Part shown: piece by piece, positions 17,301 to 26,293 of the stretch
How positions within the stretch are numbered: position 1 is the stretch's first letter
Layout of the letters: the number at the start of each line of letters is the position of its first letter
From: Minisyncoccota bacterium
GTDB lineage: Bacteria; Patescibacteriota; Minisyncoccia; Phycocordibacterales; Phycocordibacteraceae
Assembly (NCBI GenBank): GCA_022841985.1
Contig: JALHQL010000004.1
Location: forward strand, 1,726-65,725
Length of the DNA: 64,000 bases
Reading direction: 5' to 3'
Made by a program: the position numbers and the translations under genes
Notes under the pieces: model-generated
The model's database searches: none
The model's input: only the letters and a program-made list of their open reading frames with translations
What the model was told of the DNA's origin: nothing

Positions 17301-18977
17301 TTAACGAGGGAGATCGACGGTCGCGGCGACTTCTGCAAGCGAAGTGATGCCAGTGAGGGCTTTGATAATGCCGTCTTGAGCCATCGTCAGATAGCCTTGT
17401 TTTCCAGCTAACTTCGCAATGTCATTTTCAGACGGATTGTCGCGCAGGAAGCTTGCGAGCTCGTCGTCCATGAATATCGCTTCATAGAGGCCGACACGAC
17501 CCTTGTAGCCAGTTTCGCCAGCATTGGTCGGAGCTGGTTCCCATACCGTCTCTATCTTTTCAGGAATCAATGATTTATCGGTAAGCGGCTCAAATACTTT
17601 AGCGATCATTTTTTTCTCGTCGTCCGTAAGAAGGCGTTCTTTCTTTTTATTTGGATCAAGTTTGCGTATAAGCCGTTGTGCCATTGAGACGGTGACCGAC
17701 GAACCGAAGGATTTCGGATCCGCGCCAAGATCAACAAGTCGCGGGAAAGTTCCAGCAGCGTTGTTTGTGTGAAGCGTCGAGAAGACAAAGTGTCCAGTGA
17801 GCGCCGCTTGAATGGCAATATTTGCCGTTTCACCATCGCGGATTTCGCCAACCATGATAATGTCTGGGTCCTGTCGCACGATCGACTTGAGTCCTTCGGC
17901 AAAGGTATACTTTTCTCCTTCAACCTGTGTCTGCACAATACCTTCGAGATGGTATTCAATAGGATCTTCTATGGTGATTACTTTTATCTCTGGCGAATGT
18001 ATCTCGCGGAGGAATGAGTAAAGTGTGGTCGTTTTGCCGCTTCCGGTAGGACCTGTCGTGAGGAGCATTCCGTTCGGCCGCCGTATCTCCGTCTCTAGTC
18101 GAGCGAGAAGTTTTGGATGGATACCGAGCTCTTTATAGGAAACTTTTGTAGCTTCGGGATCGAGAATACGCATCACGATAGACTCTCCGTAGTTTCCGGG
18201 AATAAAGGAAACGCGCATTTCGATCTGGTTTGCGCCTTTTATGATGCTGAAACGGCCGTCTTGCGCGCGATTAGTGATATTGAGCTTCGCTCCCGAGAGA
18301 AGTTTAATGCGCGAATTAATTTGATGGTATGTTGCCGGATCGAAGTGGTATGTATCAGAGAGGAGACCGTCGATACGCAGGCGAAGGAGCGCTTTCTCTT
18401 CGCTCGGCTCGAAATGGATGTCAGATGCTCGGAGTGCGAACGCTCCGGCAAGAACGAGCTCGAGCAAATGAGAGACACGTTCGAGAGACTTGAGGTTCAT
18501 GGCGGTATCAAATCCTTGTTCAAGGGTTTTACGTGATCCTTCTCCTTGAGTTATTTTTTCGAGTGTTTCGGGAGTAACGACAAACACGCCAGCTTTTGAT
18601 GTGGCAGCAAAGGAGAGGTCGCTATAGCGGGCAAATACCTTATCGAGACTTTTTTTCGAAACGAGAAATTTTTGCAGCAGAAACCCGCGAGTGGTGAGAT
18701 CTTCGATAAGGGTTGGAAGCGTTGGATTGTTTGGATTATGAATAGCAAGTGAAAGTGTTTTTGCTGTTTTTGCAAAAGCTGCCGCGTCAGCGAGATGTGC
18801 TTGTTCTTCTGGGATAATGCGAAGCGCATCATTGTCTACTTCCTTGAGCGAAAGGTCGATGTAGGACATTCCGTATTTGTCAGAAAGTATCTGCGCAACA
18901 TCTTCCTCTTCCCGCTCTCGTACCTGAGCAAGCTCTGCGTCCTCGTGTTCCGTATCAAAATGAGAATCCATGTGCAT
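17301..18977 (-). CDS. GspE/PilB-family type II/IV secretion ATPase
   Basis: Walker A 'LLTTGPTGSGKTTTLYS', 'IITIEDPIEY', 'VGEIRDGETA' Asp/His boxes; start placed at 'MHMDSHFD'; no pilC/pilM partner in window. Confidence 0.8.
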   Translation of the reverse strand: MHMDSHFDTEHEDAELAQVREREEEDVAQILSDKYGMSYIDLSLKEVDNDALRIIPEEQAHLADAAAFAKTAKTLSLAIHNPNNPTLPTLIEDLTTRGFLLQKFLVSKKSLDKVFARYSDLSFAATSKAGVFVVTPETLEKITQGEGSRKTLEQGFDTAMNLKSLERVSHLLELVLAGAFALRASDIHFEPSEEKALLRLRIDGLLSDTYHFDPATYHQINSRIKLLSGAKLNITNRAQDGRFSIIKGANQIEMRVSFIPGNYGESIVMRILDPEATKVSYKELGIHPKLLARLETEIRRPNGMLLTTGPTGSGKTTTLYSFLREIHSPEIKVITIEDPIEYHLEGIVQTQVEGEKYTFAEGLKSIVRQDPDIIMVGEIRDGETANIAIQAALTGHFVFSTLHTNNAAGTFPRLVDLGADPKSFGSSVTVSMAQRLIRKLDPNKKKERLLTDDEKKMIAKVFEPLTDKSLIPEKIETVWEPAPTNAGETGYKGRVGLYEAIFMDDELASFLRDNPSENDIAKLAGKQGYLTMAQDGIIKALTGITSLAEVAATVDLPR

Positions 18978-19117
18978 GAATGATAACAGAGTGATAATAC
19001 CATCCGGAAATGGATACAGGGAGCAGGACTTGACACCATGGCATAAGTGGTAGTATAATATACATAGATAATTGTTGTGAGCCAATAAATTAAAAAACTG
19101 AAAAAGGGGGGTGTGTT

Positions 19118-19462
19118 ATGAAGAGGGAATATCTCTCTGTGATTCTCGTTCTTCTTATCTCAACGACTCTTGGTGGCTGTGTGATCCAGGTCAATCAGCC
19201 GGAGCGTAAGGTGGCGCCGGTGCCCTTACATCAACCGCTCTCGAAAGACGATGTGAAAAAAGGGATTTCGGCAAAGCTGATTACGTTAGACGATGTGGGA
19301 TGCAAATCTCCAGCGAAATGGGAGTGGGAGAAGGGAAAGATGGTATGCGGAACGCCGGATACTCCCTCGTATATCTGGCCCAATAATAGGCCCTACGGGT
19401 ATCCTTATTATTATGGGTATGGATATTACCCGTACGGATACGGTCACGCGTATTATTGGTGA
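19118..19462 (+). CDS. small lipoprotein with Tyr/Gly-rich C-terminus
   Basis: 114 aa; lipobox 'LGGC'; tail 'PYGYPYYYGYGYYPYGYGHAYYW'. Confidence 0.5.
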   Translation: MKREYLSVILVLLISTTLGGCVIQVNQPERKVAPVPLHQPLSKDDVKKGISAKLITLDDVGCKSPAKWEWEKGKMVCGTPDTPSYIWPNNRPYGYPYYYGYGYYPYGYGHAYYW

Positions 19463-19477
19463 AATAGAACAATCTCA

Positions 19478-19513
19478 AAATGCGCTCTTTTCTTTGGAGA
19501 AAAGAGCGCATTT
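19478..19513 (+). terminator. hairpin (15-bp stem) downstream of lipoprotein gene
   Basis: aaatgcgctcttttc-tttgga-gaaaagagcgcattt; no strong U-tract. Confidence 0.4.
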
Positions 19514-19605
19514 CAGTTCTAAGTTCATAGACAGTTCAGTACGGCCGGTAGTATATCTCTCAACAAGTTAGAACATTCCGGTATCTCATAAAAACGGAGG
19601 TTTCT

Positions 19606-19962
19606 ATGAAGATCCCAGTAGTTCTTTTCATCTCAATTCTTTTCCTTGGAGTCGTGGTGCCAATCAAAACTCACTCCGGGGTGGTGCATTGCCCATTTCC
19701 CGAGTCCGAACCCGTGTGGAAGGTGGACAAATACGTTTGTGAACCTTCGGCGTCTTTTCGTCCGCCACCTCCGATTGAGAAAAAAGCGGCTTCGCCGCCT
19801 GTTGTGGCACGACAACCGCAGATCGTTGTGCAAACGATTCCTCATTACTACGTATACCCGTATCCAGTATGGAGAGAACGATATTGGTGGGGGTGGCCTG
19901 CGCTGTGTGGTTACGGTTTTTGGTCATACACTTACTTAGGTTGGGGAAGCTGTTATTGGTAG
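19606..19962 (+). CDS. small secreted protein with Tyr/Trp-rich C-terminus (paralogue of 19118..19462)
   Basis: 118 aa; signal peptide; shared 'W-x-V/W-x-K-x-VC-x-P' core and aromatic tail '...YYVYPYPVWRERYWWGWPALCGYGFWSYTYLGWGSCYW'. Confidence 0.5.
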   Translation: MKIPVVLFISILFLGVVVPIKTHSGVVHCPFPESEPVWKVDKYVCEPSASFRPPPPIEKKAASPPVVARQPQIVVQTIPHYYVYPYPVWRERYWWGWPALCGYGFWSYTYLGWGSCYW

Positions 19963-19990
19963 GTTTCTCACAAAGGCAAAATTGAATACA

Positions 19991-20030
19991 AACGCGCTCA
20001 TCCTTAGAAGGATGAGCGCGTTATCATTTT
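19991..20030 (+). terminator. rho-independent terminator
   Basis: aacgcgctcatcc-ttagaa-ggatgagcgcgtt followed by atcatttt. Confidence 0.6.
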
Positions 20031-20052
20031 CAGCGGTACAATTGCACGTATC

Positions 20053-20490
20053 ATGGAGAAGACGATTCGGACGCTAGAAGAGCTTAAGAAAGAGGCTGCA
20101 GGCTTTGTTGGCACGCTCATGCCGAGTGCGCAGGGCGCGACGCTTGTGACCCTCTCAGGAGAGCTTGGGGCGGGGAAGACTACTTTTACCAAGGCTGCTG
20201 CGAACGCGCTTGGGATCGAAGAGATTGTTACGAGTCCTACGTTTGTGCTCGAGAAAATCTATCAGCTTCCGGAAGGCAAGACATTTAAACGACTCATACA
20301 CATTGACGCATATCGGCTCGAACAAGGGAGTGATCTCGCTCCGCTCGGTTTTGATGAACTTATGCAGGACTCAGGAAATCTTATTTTGCTTGAGTGGCCG
20401 GAGAAAGTAGTCGACGCGCTCCCGAAGCCATCAAAAAAACTTTCTCTCACGGTGCAGTCTGACGGGTCGCGCATCATTTTGTATGGCTAA
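20053..20490 (+). CDS. tsaE: tRNA threonylcarbamoyladenosine biosynthesis protein TsaE
   Basis: 145 aa; P-loop 'LSGELGAGKTTFTK', 'SPTFVL' motif. Confidence 0.75.
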   Translation: MEKTIRTLEELKKEAAGFVGTLMPSAQGATLVTLSGELGAGKTTFTKAAANALGIEEIVTSPTFVLEKIYQLPEGKTFKRLIHIDAYRLEQGSDLAPLGFDELMQDSGNLILLEWPEKVVDALPKPSKKLSLTVQSDGSRIILYG

Positions 20491-22870
20491 AAGAATTCTC
20501 GGCAGGAAAAGAATCGTGCTCTTGGATACTCATGCAATCATTCATCGCGCGTACCACGCGCTCGCATCAGCAGAATTAACCGGTCCGACTGGTGCTCCGA
20601 CCGGAGCGCTCTACGGGCTCGTTACGATGTTGCTCAAGATTATTTCTGATCTCAAGCCGGATTACATCGCTGCTTGTCTTGATCTGCCTAAGCCGACAAT
20701 TCGGCACGAGGCGTATGAGGGATACAAAGGAACGCGCACCAAAACTGATGATGCGCTCGCACTTCAAATAAAAGAATCTCGAAAAGTGTTTGAGGCGTTT
20801 TCAATACCGATGTATGAACGTGAAGGGTACGAGGCGGACGATCTTCTTGGTACGATTGCGCACGAACTTTGCGATGAGGGTGTCGACGTCATTATCGCGT
20901 CCGGAGATATGGATATGCTGCAGCTTGTTGACGATGATCGTGTTCGTGTTTTTACGTTGAAAAAAGGCATTAACGACACGATCCTGTATGACGAAAAAGC
21001 GGTTACTGAAAGATTCGGTTTCGTGCCGGCACTCATTCCTGACTGGAAAGGGCTTCGTGGCGACCCATCCGATAATATTAAGGGCGTTCCGGGTATTGGA
21101 GAAAAGACTGCTACTGAGCTTGTGAAAGGGTTTGGTACGATCGAAAAAATATATGCGGCCCTGGAAAAAGGCGACGACCTCCTTCTGGAGAAGGGGATCA
21201 AAGCGCGCATAATCGCGCTGCTAAAGGAGCATGAAGAAGAGGCGCGATTATCAAAATCCATCGCGACCATACGACTTGATGCGCCGATTGCATTCACGCT
21301 TCCAGAGCATCTATGGCGCGAGACTGTTGCCGTACAGAAAGTACTTCTGATGTGTGATGAATTTGGATTCCGCTCGTTGCGCGATCGTGTGCAGAGACTT
21401 TTTGCGAATGTGGTTAACGAAGGAGAAGATTCCGTGAGGTACGAAGAGATAGTTCCTGAAGAGGTGGATTCGACAGCGCTTGCAGAGGCTAAAGTTATGC
21501 TTTGGCTCATTTCTTCTGAATTCACGAATCCGTCGCTCGATGACATTCTTGCTTTCACAAAGAAGCGCGTGTTTACTGATGCTCGCGCCGAACTCGAAAA
21601 ACAATTGTCGGGAATGGGTAAGACAATAGAGGTGTATGAGCACATAGAAAGGCCGCTTATTCCGGTTATTCATAAGATGGAATCACGAGGCATACTTGTC
21701 GATCCAAATGTTCTTAAAGCGTTAGCTGAGAAATATACAACTGAACTCGAAATGATCGAGAAGCGTATTTATGTCGCTGCCGGGCGGGAATTCAATGTGA
21801 ATTCCCCAAAGCAGCTCGGGGAAGTGCTCTTTGATGAATTGAAAATTATTCCCGAGAAACAAAAGAAGACCGCTGGCGGCCAGCGTTCGACACGCGAGAG
21901 CGAACTTGAGAAAATTCGAGAGATGCACCCTGTCATAAACGATATTCTTGAATACCGCGAGTTGAAAAAACTACTCTCGACGTACATTCAAAATTTGCCA
22001 CCTCTGCTTGATACAGAGAATCGCTTGCATGCGGAGTTTCTCCAAACAGGGACGACGACTGGTCGTATGGCCTCTCAGAATCCAAATCTTCAAAATATTC
22101 CACTCCATTCCGAACGTGGCCGCGCGATACGCCACGCCTTTGTTGCGCCGTCAGGATTTACTCTCGTCGCACTCGACTATTCGCAGATTGAATTGCGGCT
22201 CGCAGCCATTCTTTCAGGTGATGAAAAACTGTGCGGCATATTTCGAAGTGGCAGGGATGTGCATCAAGAGGTTGCGGCACAAGTGTTTCATGTCGCTCCC
22301 GAAGCGGTCGATGCCGAGATGCGACGGCGAGCGAAAGTCATAAATTTCGGCATCCTCTACGGCATGGGAGTGAACGCCCTCCGCGCCCAACTCGGTTCGA
22401 CCATTGCCGAGGCGCATCAGTATCTTGAAGAATATTTTACGACGTTTAAGACGCTTTCGGAGTATCTTGAGAGTACGCGCGGCTTCGCAAGAAAGCATGG
22501 TTACACAGAGACGCTCTTTGGCCGCCGCCGGCAGTTTCCAGAAATGAAGTCGTCTTTGCCATATGTGCGGGCACAGGCTGAACGCATGGCGGTCAATGCG
22601 CCGATACAAGGAACACAATCAGACATCATTAAACTGGCGATGGTACACGTACATGAGATGCTTGAAAAAGAGGGTGCCTCTGAGGACGCGTACCTGCTCC
22701 TTCAGGTGCATGACGAACTCGTGTACGAGATTCGTACTGCGCGCGCTGCGATACTCAGTGCAAAGATAAAAGAGATCATGGAATCTGTCTTGCCGACGAC
22801 CGCAACGCATGGCGTGCCGGTTCTGGCTGTAGTGAAATCCGGCCCCGATTGGGGATCGTTGCGCGTATGA
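20483..22870 (+). CDS. polA: DNA polymerase I (5'-3' exonuclease + polymerase; 3'-5' exonuclease domain apparently degenerate)
   Basis: 795 aa; FEN-like N-terminus; pol motifs 'DYSQIELR' (A), 'RRRAKVINFGILYG' (B), 'LQVHDELVYE' (C); no DxE ExoI motif in middle domain. Confidence 0.9.
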   Translation: MAKRILGRKRIVLLDTHAIIHRAYHALASAELTGPTGAPTGALYGLVTMLLKIISDLKPDYIAACLDLPKPTIRHEAYEGYKGTRTKTDDALALQIKESRKVFEAFSIPMYEREGYEADDLLGTIAHELCDEGVDVIIASGDMDMLQLVDDDRVRVFTLKKGINDTILYDEKAVTERFGFVPALIPDWKGLRGDPSDNIKGVPGIGEKTATELVKGFGTIEKIYAALEKGDDLLLEKGIKARIIALLKEHEEEARLSKSIATIRLDAPIAFTLPEHLWRETVAVQKVLLMCDEFGFRSLRDRVQRLFANVVNEGEDSVRYEEIVPEEVDSTALAEAKVMLWLISSEFTNPSLDDILAFTKKRVFTDARAELEKQLSGMGKTIEVYEHIERPLIPVIHKMESRGILVDPNVLKALAEKYTTELEMIEKRIYVAAGREFNVNSPKQLGEVLFDELKIIPEKQKKTAGGQRSTRESELEKIREMHPVINDILEYRELKKLLSTYIQNLPPLLDTENRLHAEFLQTGTTTGRMASQNPNLQNIPLHSERGRAIRHAFVAPSGFTLVALDYSQIELRLAAILSGDEKLCGIFRSGRDVHQEVAAQVFHVAPEAVDAEMRRRAKVINFGILYGMGVNALRAQLGSTIAEAHQYLEEYFTTFKTLSEYLESTRGFARKHGYTETLFGRRRQFPEMKSSLPYVRAQAERMAVNAPIQGTQSDIIKLAMVHVHEMLEKEGASEDAYLLLQVHDELVYEIRTARAAILSAKIKEIMESVLPTTATHGVPVLAVVKSGPDWGSLRV

Positions 22871-23559
22871 TCTATCTTTTTCATGGCAGTGATGTTGAAA
22901 GGGTGCGCACGAAAGCATTTGAGTGGGTCGCAAAAGCTCGCGCGAAAGAGCCGAATCTCGCGTATGCGCGCCTGATGCGCGAAGAACTTTCCACGGCAAC
23001 ACTCGAGGATGCCGCGCTTTCAGGAGGACTTTTCGTTTCGCGACTCCTCGTGCTTATTGATGATCCGTTTCCGGCTGTGCGCACGGCAAGCGAAGAGAGC
23101 GAGGATGAAGAAAAAGAGGTTTCGAGCAGTGTTCTTGAAGAATATCTTACGGTTCTTGCTTCTTCTGATAATGCAATCTTAATCCTCGCTCCAAAGCTCG
23201 CAGCAGCGAAAGCGAAGAAGCTCATTGCGAAAGCGAAGGTCGAATACAAATTCGATACGATCGTTCCTCGCGAAGCCGTGCGAGGATTCAATGGAAATTT
23301 GGTGAACGCACTCGCTTCTCGCTCGCGTGAAAAGCTCTGGCTTGAGATTCATCGCGCGCTTCGCGCCGGAGATGCTCCTGAAATGTTGCACGGACTTTTA
23401 CATTGGAAGGCTCGTGACTTGATGGAGAAGGGAAGTCGCGTGTGGACTCAGAAGGAGTCGCGGCAATTATCACTCGTGCTTATCGAACTCCTGCAAAATT
23501 CTCGTCGGGGAGGTCTTGAGCTATCTCTTTCGTTAGAGCGTTTCGCACTTTCGGTGTAA
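22867..23559 (+). CDS. DNA polymerase III delta subunit-like (HolA, short)
   Basis: 'MIYLFHGSD...SGGLFVSRLLVLIDDPF' resembles HolA N-terminal domain; ATGA overlap with polA stop. Confidence 0.45.
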   Translation: MIYLFHGSDVERVRTKAFEWVAKARAKEPNLAYARLMREELSTATLEDAALSGGLFVSRLLVLIDDPFPAVRTASEESEDEEKEVSSSVLEEYLTVLASSDNAILILAPKLAAAKAKKLIAKAKVEYKFDTIVPREAVRGFNGNLVNALASRSREKLWLEIHRALRAGDAPEMLHGLLHWKARDLMEKGSRVWTQKESRQLSLVLIELLQNSRRGGLELSLSLERFALSV

Positions 23560-23567
23560 TTGAAAAT

Positions 23568-24335
23568 ATGCGAATCATTTCGCTCAATACGTGGGGCGGG
23601 AAGGGAGGTAAGAAAAAACTTTTAGAATTTTTTAAAGCTCATGCGGATACGACAGACGTGTTTTGTCTTCAGGAAATATGGTCTGAGCCGTATCCTCATT
23701 TAGAAGGACGTCTTGCTGGCGGTGTTGCGCTGAATAATGAACAGACCATGGTATACGCTTTGCGAGAAATATCTGCAGCGCTACCAAACCATGTGGCATT
23801 TTTTCGTCCGCTCCTCGGAAACAATTATGGTTTGTTGATGCTCATTCGGAAAGAACTCCGGGCAATCGAGGAAGGAGAATTTTTTGTGTATAAGCAAAAA
23901 GGATTTTATTCAGAAGCTGACGTGGGTGATCATGCGAGACTCATTCAATATGTCACGATTGCTGCAGGCACTAAGATGATCACAATCATAAATTTTCATG
24001 GTCTGTGGAATGGAAAGGGAAAGACGGACACCGAAGATAGAATTCAGCAGTCTAAAAACATTCTTGAATTTACTTCGAAACTCGACGGGGAATATATTCT
24101 ATGTGGGGATTTCAATCTATTACCCGATACTGAAAGTTTGAAATTATTTGAAATGGCAGGCTTAAGAAATTTAATAAAGGAGTATGGCATATCCTCCACG
24201 CGCACCTCGTTTTATACGAAACCTGAAAAACACGCTGACTATATGTTTGTAACGAAGGGAATACAAGTGAAAGATTTTAAGGTTTTACCGGATGAGGTTT
24301 CGGACCATGCACCGCTCTTGATTGAGACGGAGTAA
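23568..24335 (+). CDS. endonuclease/exonuclease/phosphatase (EEP) family protein
   Basis: 255 aa; 'ISLNTWGG', 'FCLQE', 'ILCGDFN', C-terminal 'SDHAPL' motifs. Confidence 0.7.
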   Translation: MRIISLNTWGGKGGKKKLLEFFKAHADTTDVFCLQEIWSEPYPHLEGRLAGGVALNNEQTMVYALREISAALPNHVAFFRPLLGNNYGLLMLIRKELRAIEEGEFFVYKQKGFYSEADVGDHARLIQYVTIAAGTKMITIINFHGLWNGKGKTDTEDRIQQSKNILEFTSKLDGEYILCGDFNLLPDTESLKLFEMAGLRNLIKEYGISSTRTSFYTKPEKHADYMFVTKGIQVKDFKVLPDEVSDHAPLLIETE

Positions 24336-24435
24336 TTGAAATTCATGCGGTAAGTAAAATACAAACCAGCGTATGGTACTATGTAAAGGTGGTCGTAAAT
24401 CATGAGCATGAATGCTAATGTGTTCCAAGAAAAAT

Positions 24436-24508
24436 GCGCCCGTAGCTCAGTTGGTAGAGCAGATCCCTTTTAAGGATAAGGTCCCGCGTTCGATCCGCGG
24501 CGGGCGCA
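24436..24508 (+). tRNA. tRNA-Lys (anticodon TTT)
   Basis: 73 nt cloverleaf folded by hand: acceptor GCGCCCG/CGGGCGC, D-arm GCTC-AGTTGGTA-GAGC, anticodon loop CTTTTAA, T-arm CCGCG-TTCGATC-CGCGG; CCA not encoded. Confidence 0.85.
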
Positions 24509-24509
24509 C

Positions 24510-25334
24510 ATGAACGATTTCAAGAAGCAGTGTATAGCCCTGCGAAAGAAGGGTTACAGCATTAACGAAATCATGAAAGCGACGGGGAAAGCGAAGGGTT
24601 CTATCTATGTACATATAAAAGATATCCCATTGAGCAAGAAGCGCCTGAAGCAGTATAGAGAAGCTTCTGGGAAATGGATCAGGAAATTTGCACTCGCACG
24701 AAAAGGCAGGAGTGCGCGCTCATTCCGGCCATTTGATACATGGTCTGCAGAGACTGTTCTTTTGGTTGCCCACCTGCTTTTTGACGGTGAGATTGCAAAA
24801 GGGAAATGCGTGTATAACAATCGTAGTCGAGTGCTCATCGAGCGTGTCGAAAGGCTCCTGCGCGTAGTATATGACTTTGAGCCAAAACGATACAAAAATG
24901 AAGCGACAGGAGTGTGGAAAACAAATTACTATAATGTAGCTCTCAGTGCGTATTTGAAAGGCAAATCGAAAGAATTGCTGCGACAAATCAAAGGAATGCC
25001 GCTCGATTTAAAACTGGAGTTTGTGCGTGCATTTTTTGACGACGAAGGATGTATGGATTTCCGACCGGGGCGCAAAAAAGTTCGCGGATATCAGAAAGAT
25101 ATGCGGATCCTAAAGTTAGTCAAAGCACTTTTAATTGATTTTGGCATCACTGCGCGTATAGCACTTCCTAACGAAGTGGTAATCGTGGGAAAAGAAAATT
25201 TAATTCGATTTGAACAAAAAATAAATTTCTCGCCGGGTGTTTCCATAAACGGGGATCGCACCAACAGCATCTGGAAGAAACATATAGAGAAAAGAGAACT
25301 GCTCAAACAAGCTATAAAATCTTTTAAAAGCTAG
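24510..25334 (+). CDS. LAGLIDADG-family homing endonuclease (two motifs) with N-terminal HTH-like region
   Basis: 274 aa; motif 1 'LVAHLLFDGEIAKG', motif 2 'FVRAFFDDEGCMDF'; ATG starts 2 nt after tRNA-Lys 3' end; AT-rich relative to neighbours. Confidence 0.6.
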   Translation: MNDFKKQCIALRKKGYSINEIMKATGKAKGSIYVHIKDIPLSKKRLKQYREASGKWIRKFALARKGRSARSFRPFDTWSAETVLLVAHLLFDGEIAKGKCVYNNRSRVLIERVERLLRVVYDFEPKRYKNEATGVWKTNYYNVALSAYLKGKSKELLRQIKGMPLDLKLEFVRAFFDDEGCMDFRPGRKKVRGYQKDMRILKLVKALLIDFGITARIALPNEVVIVGKENLIRFEQKINFSPGVSINGDRTNSIWKKHIEKRELLKQAIKSFKS

Positions 25335-26281
25335 TAGCTAAATGCATCGACCGTTTTGCCGTTTATATCCAAGAGCTTCACAACTTCATGTTTGGTGCGC
25401 CACATTGAGTTTGTACGGCCGAGATAGATGCGCCAAGTGTTGCCTTCGAAATTGGTATCATTTTTGTGTGCGTTAACACATCCGTTGTAATTGAGGTAGG
25501 TCATCACAAAGTTTTGACAAGTGTTTGATACGCCATCTGGCGGTGTGAGCGTTACCTGACAGCGTTGGATTTTGTTCACTTGATCGATGCAAAATGAGTC
25601 GCGGATATAGGTAGGTCCATAAAAAGAAATAAGATCGTCGGACGGTATAGGGCAGTTTTGAGGCAGGGAAGGAGAAAATTTTTGGAAGGTGCTGAAATAG
25701 CCGATACACTTATTTTCGCGGAAGGAAGCTCCGATGGGGGATTGTCCGGAAATTAGTATTGCTCGAGTGCCGGGAGCAAGTACGATGTCTTGCTCCGCAT
25801 TCACCACGCCAGAGGTCGGCACTTCGGTTCCCTTAGGAATGCTGGCGGAATTACCTGTTGCATCACTCAAGAGTTTCCATCCAGTAATGTTGACCGGGAC
25901 TCGTGCATTTTGCGAGAGAGATATTTCGATGTATTCGTTTCCCGGATTTGCTCCGCCGGCACCCGAGACGTACTGATTCATTCTGACAATATCTCGATAG
26001 GGCGACGGTGTCCCAAAGACAGTACCGCCTACAAATGTCGGAACCAATGTCGCGGAACTTCCTGAATTGTCTGAAGAGCCAGGTAGTGAAACGTTCGTAC
26101 CTCCAATAACGAATGGTGCTCGTGGGAGTTGCAGGTAGGTGCCTCCGCCGAGTACTCCCGGCTGCGCGAGTGTTGGTCCAGAGAAGGCGAGCGGACGCAA
26201 CGGGCCGCCGGTCGCTATCCAAATAAGGAATATAAAGACGAAAACGCCTATGAAAAACCATGCATCATGTGCATCCCCCAT
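25331..26281 (-). CDS. secreted lamin-tail-domain (LTD) protein with Cys-rich C-terminal domain
   Basis: 316 aa; N-terminal TM/signal; 'NEYIEISLSQNARVPVNITGWKLLSDATGNSASIPKGTEVPTSGVV...LAPGTRAILISG' LTD-like; 10 Cys in C-terminal third. Confidence 0.5.
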   Translation of the reverse strand: MGDAHDAWFFIGVFVFIFLIWIATGGPLRPLAFSGPTLAQPGVLGGGTYLQLPRAPFVIGGTNVSLPGSSDNSGSSATLVPTFVGGTVFGTPSPYRDIVRMNQYVSGAGGANPGNEYIEISLSQNARVPVNITGWKLLSDATGNSASIPKGTEVPTSGVVNAEQDIVLAPGTRAILISGQSPIGASFRENKCIGYFSTFQKFSPSLPQNCPIPSDDLISFYGPTYIRDSFCIDQVNKIQRCQVTLTPPDGVSNTCQNFVMTYLNYNGCVNAHKNDTNFEGNTWRIYLGRTNSMWRTKHEVVKLLDINGKTVDAFSY

Positions 26282-26293
26282 AACGGTATAGTA

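Noticed and set aside
20764-21645. 293-aa minus-strand ORF antisense to polA
   Set aside because: Ser-rich, no motifs, fully inside a confidently called DNA polymerase I gene.
24436-24520. Group I or archaeal-type intron in tRNA-Lys carrying the HEG
   Set aside because: The tRNA folds as a continuous 73-nt cloverleaf with normal anticodon loop; the HEG lies downstream of the 3' end, not inside the tRNA.
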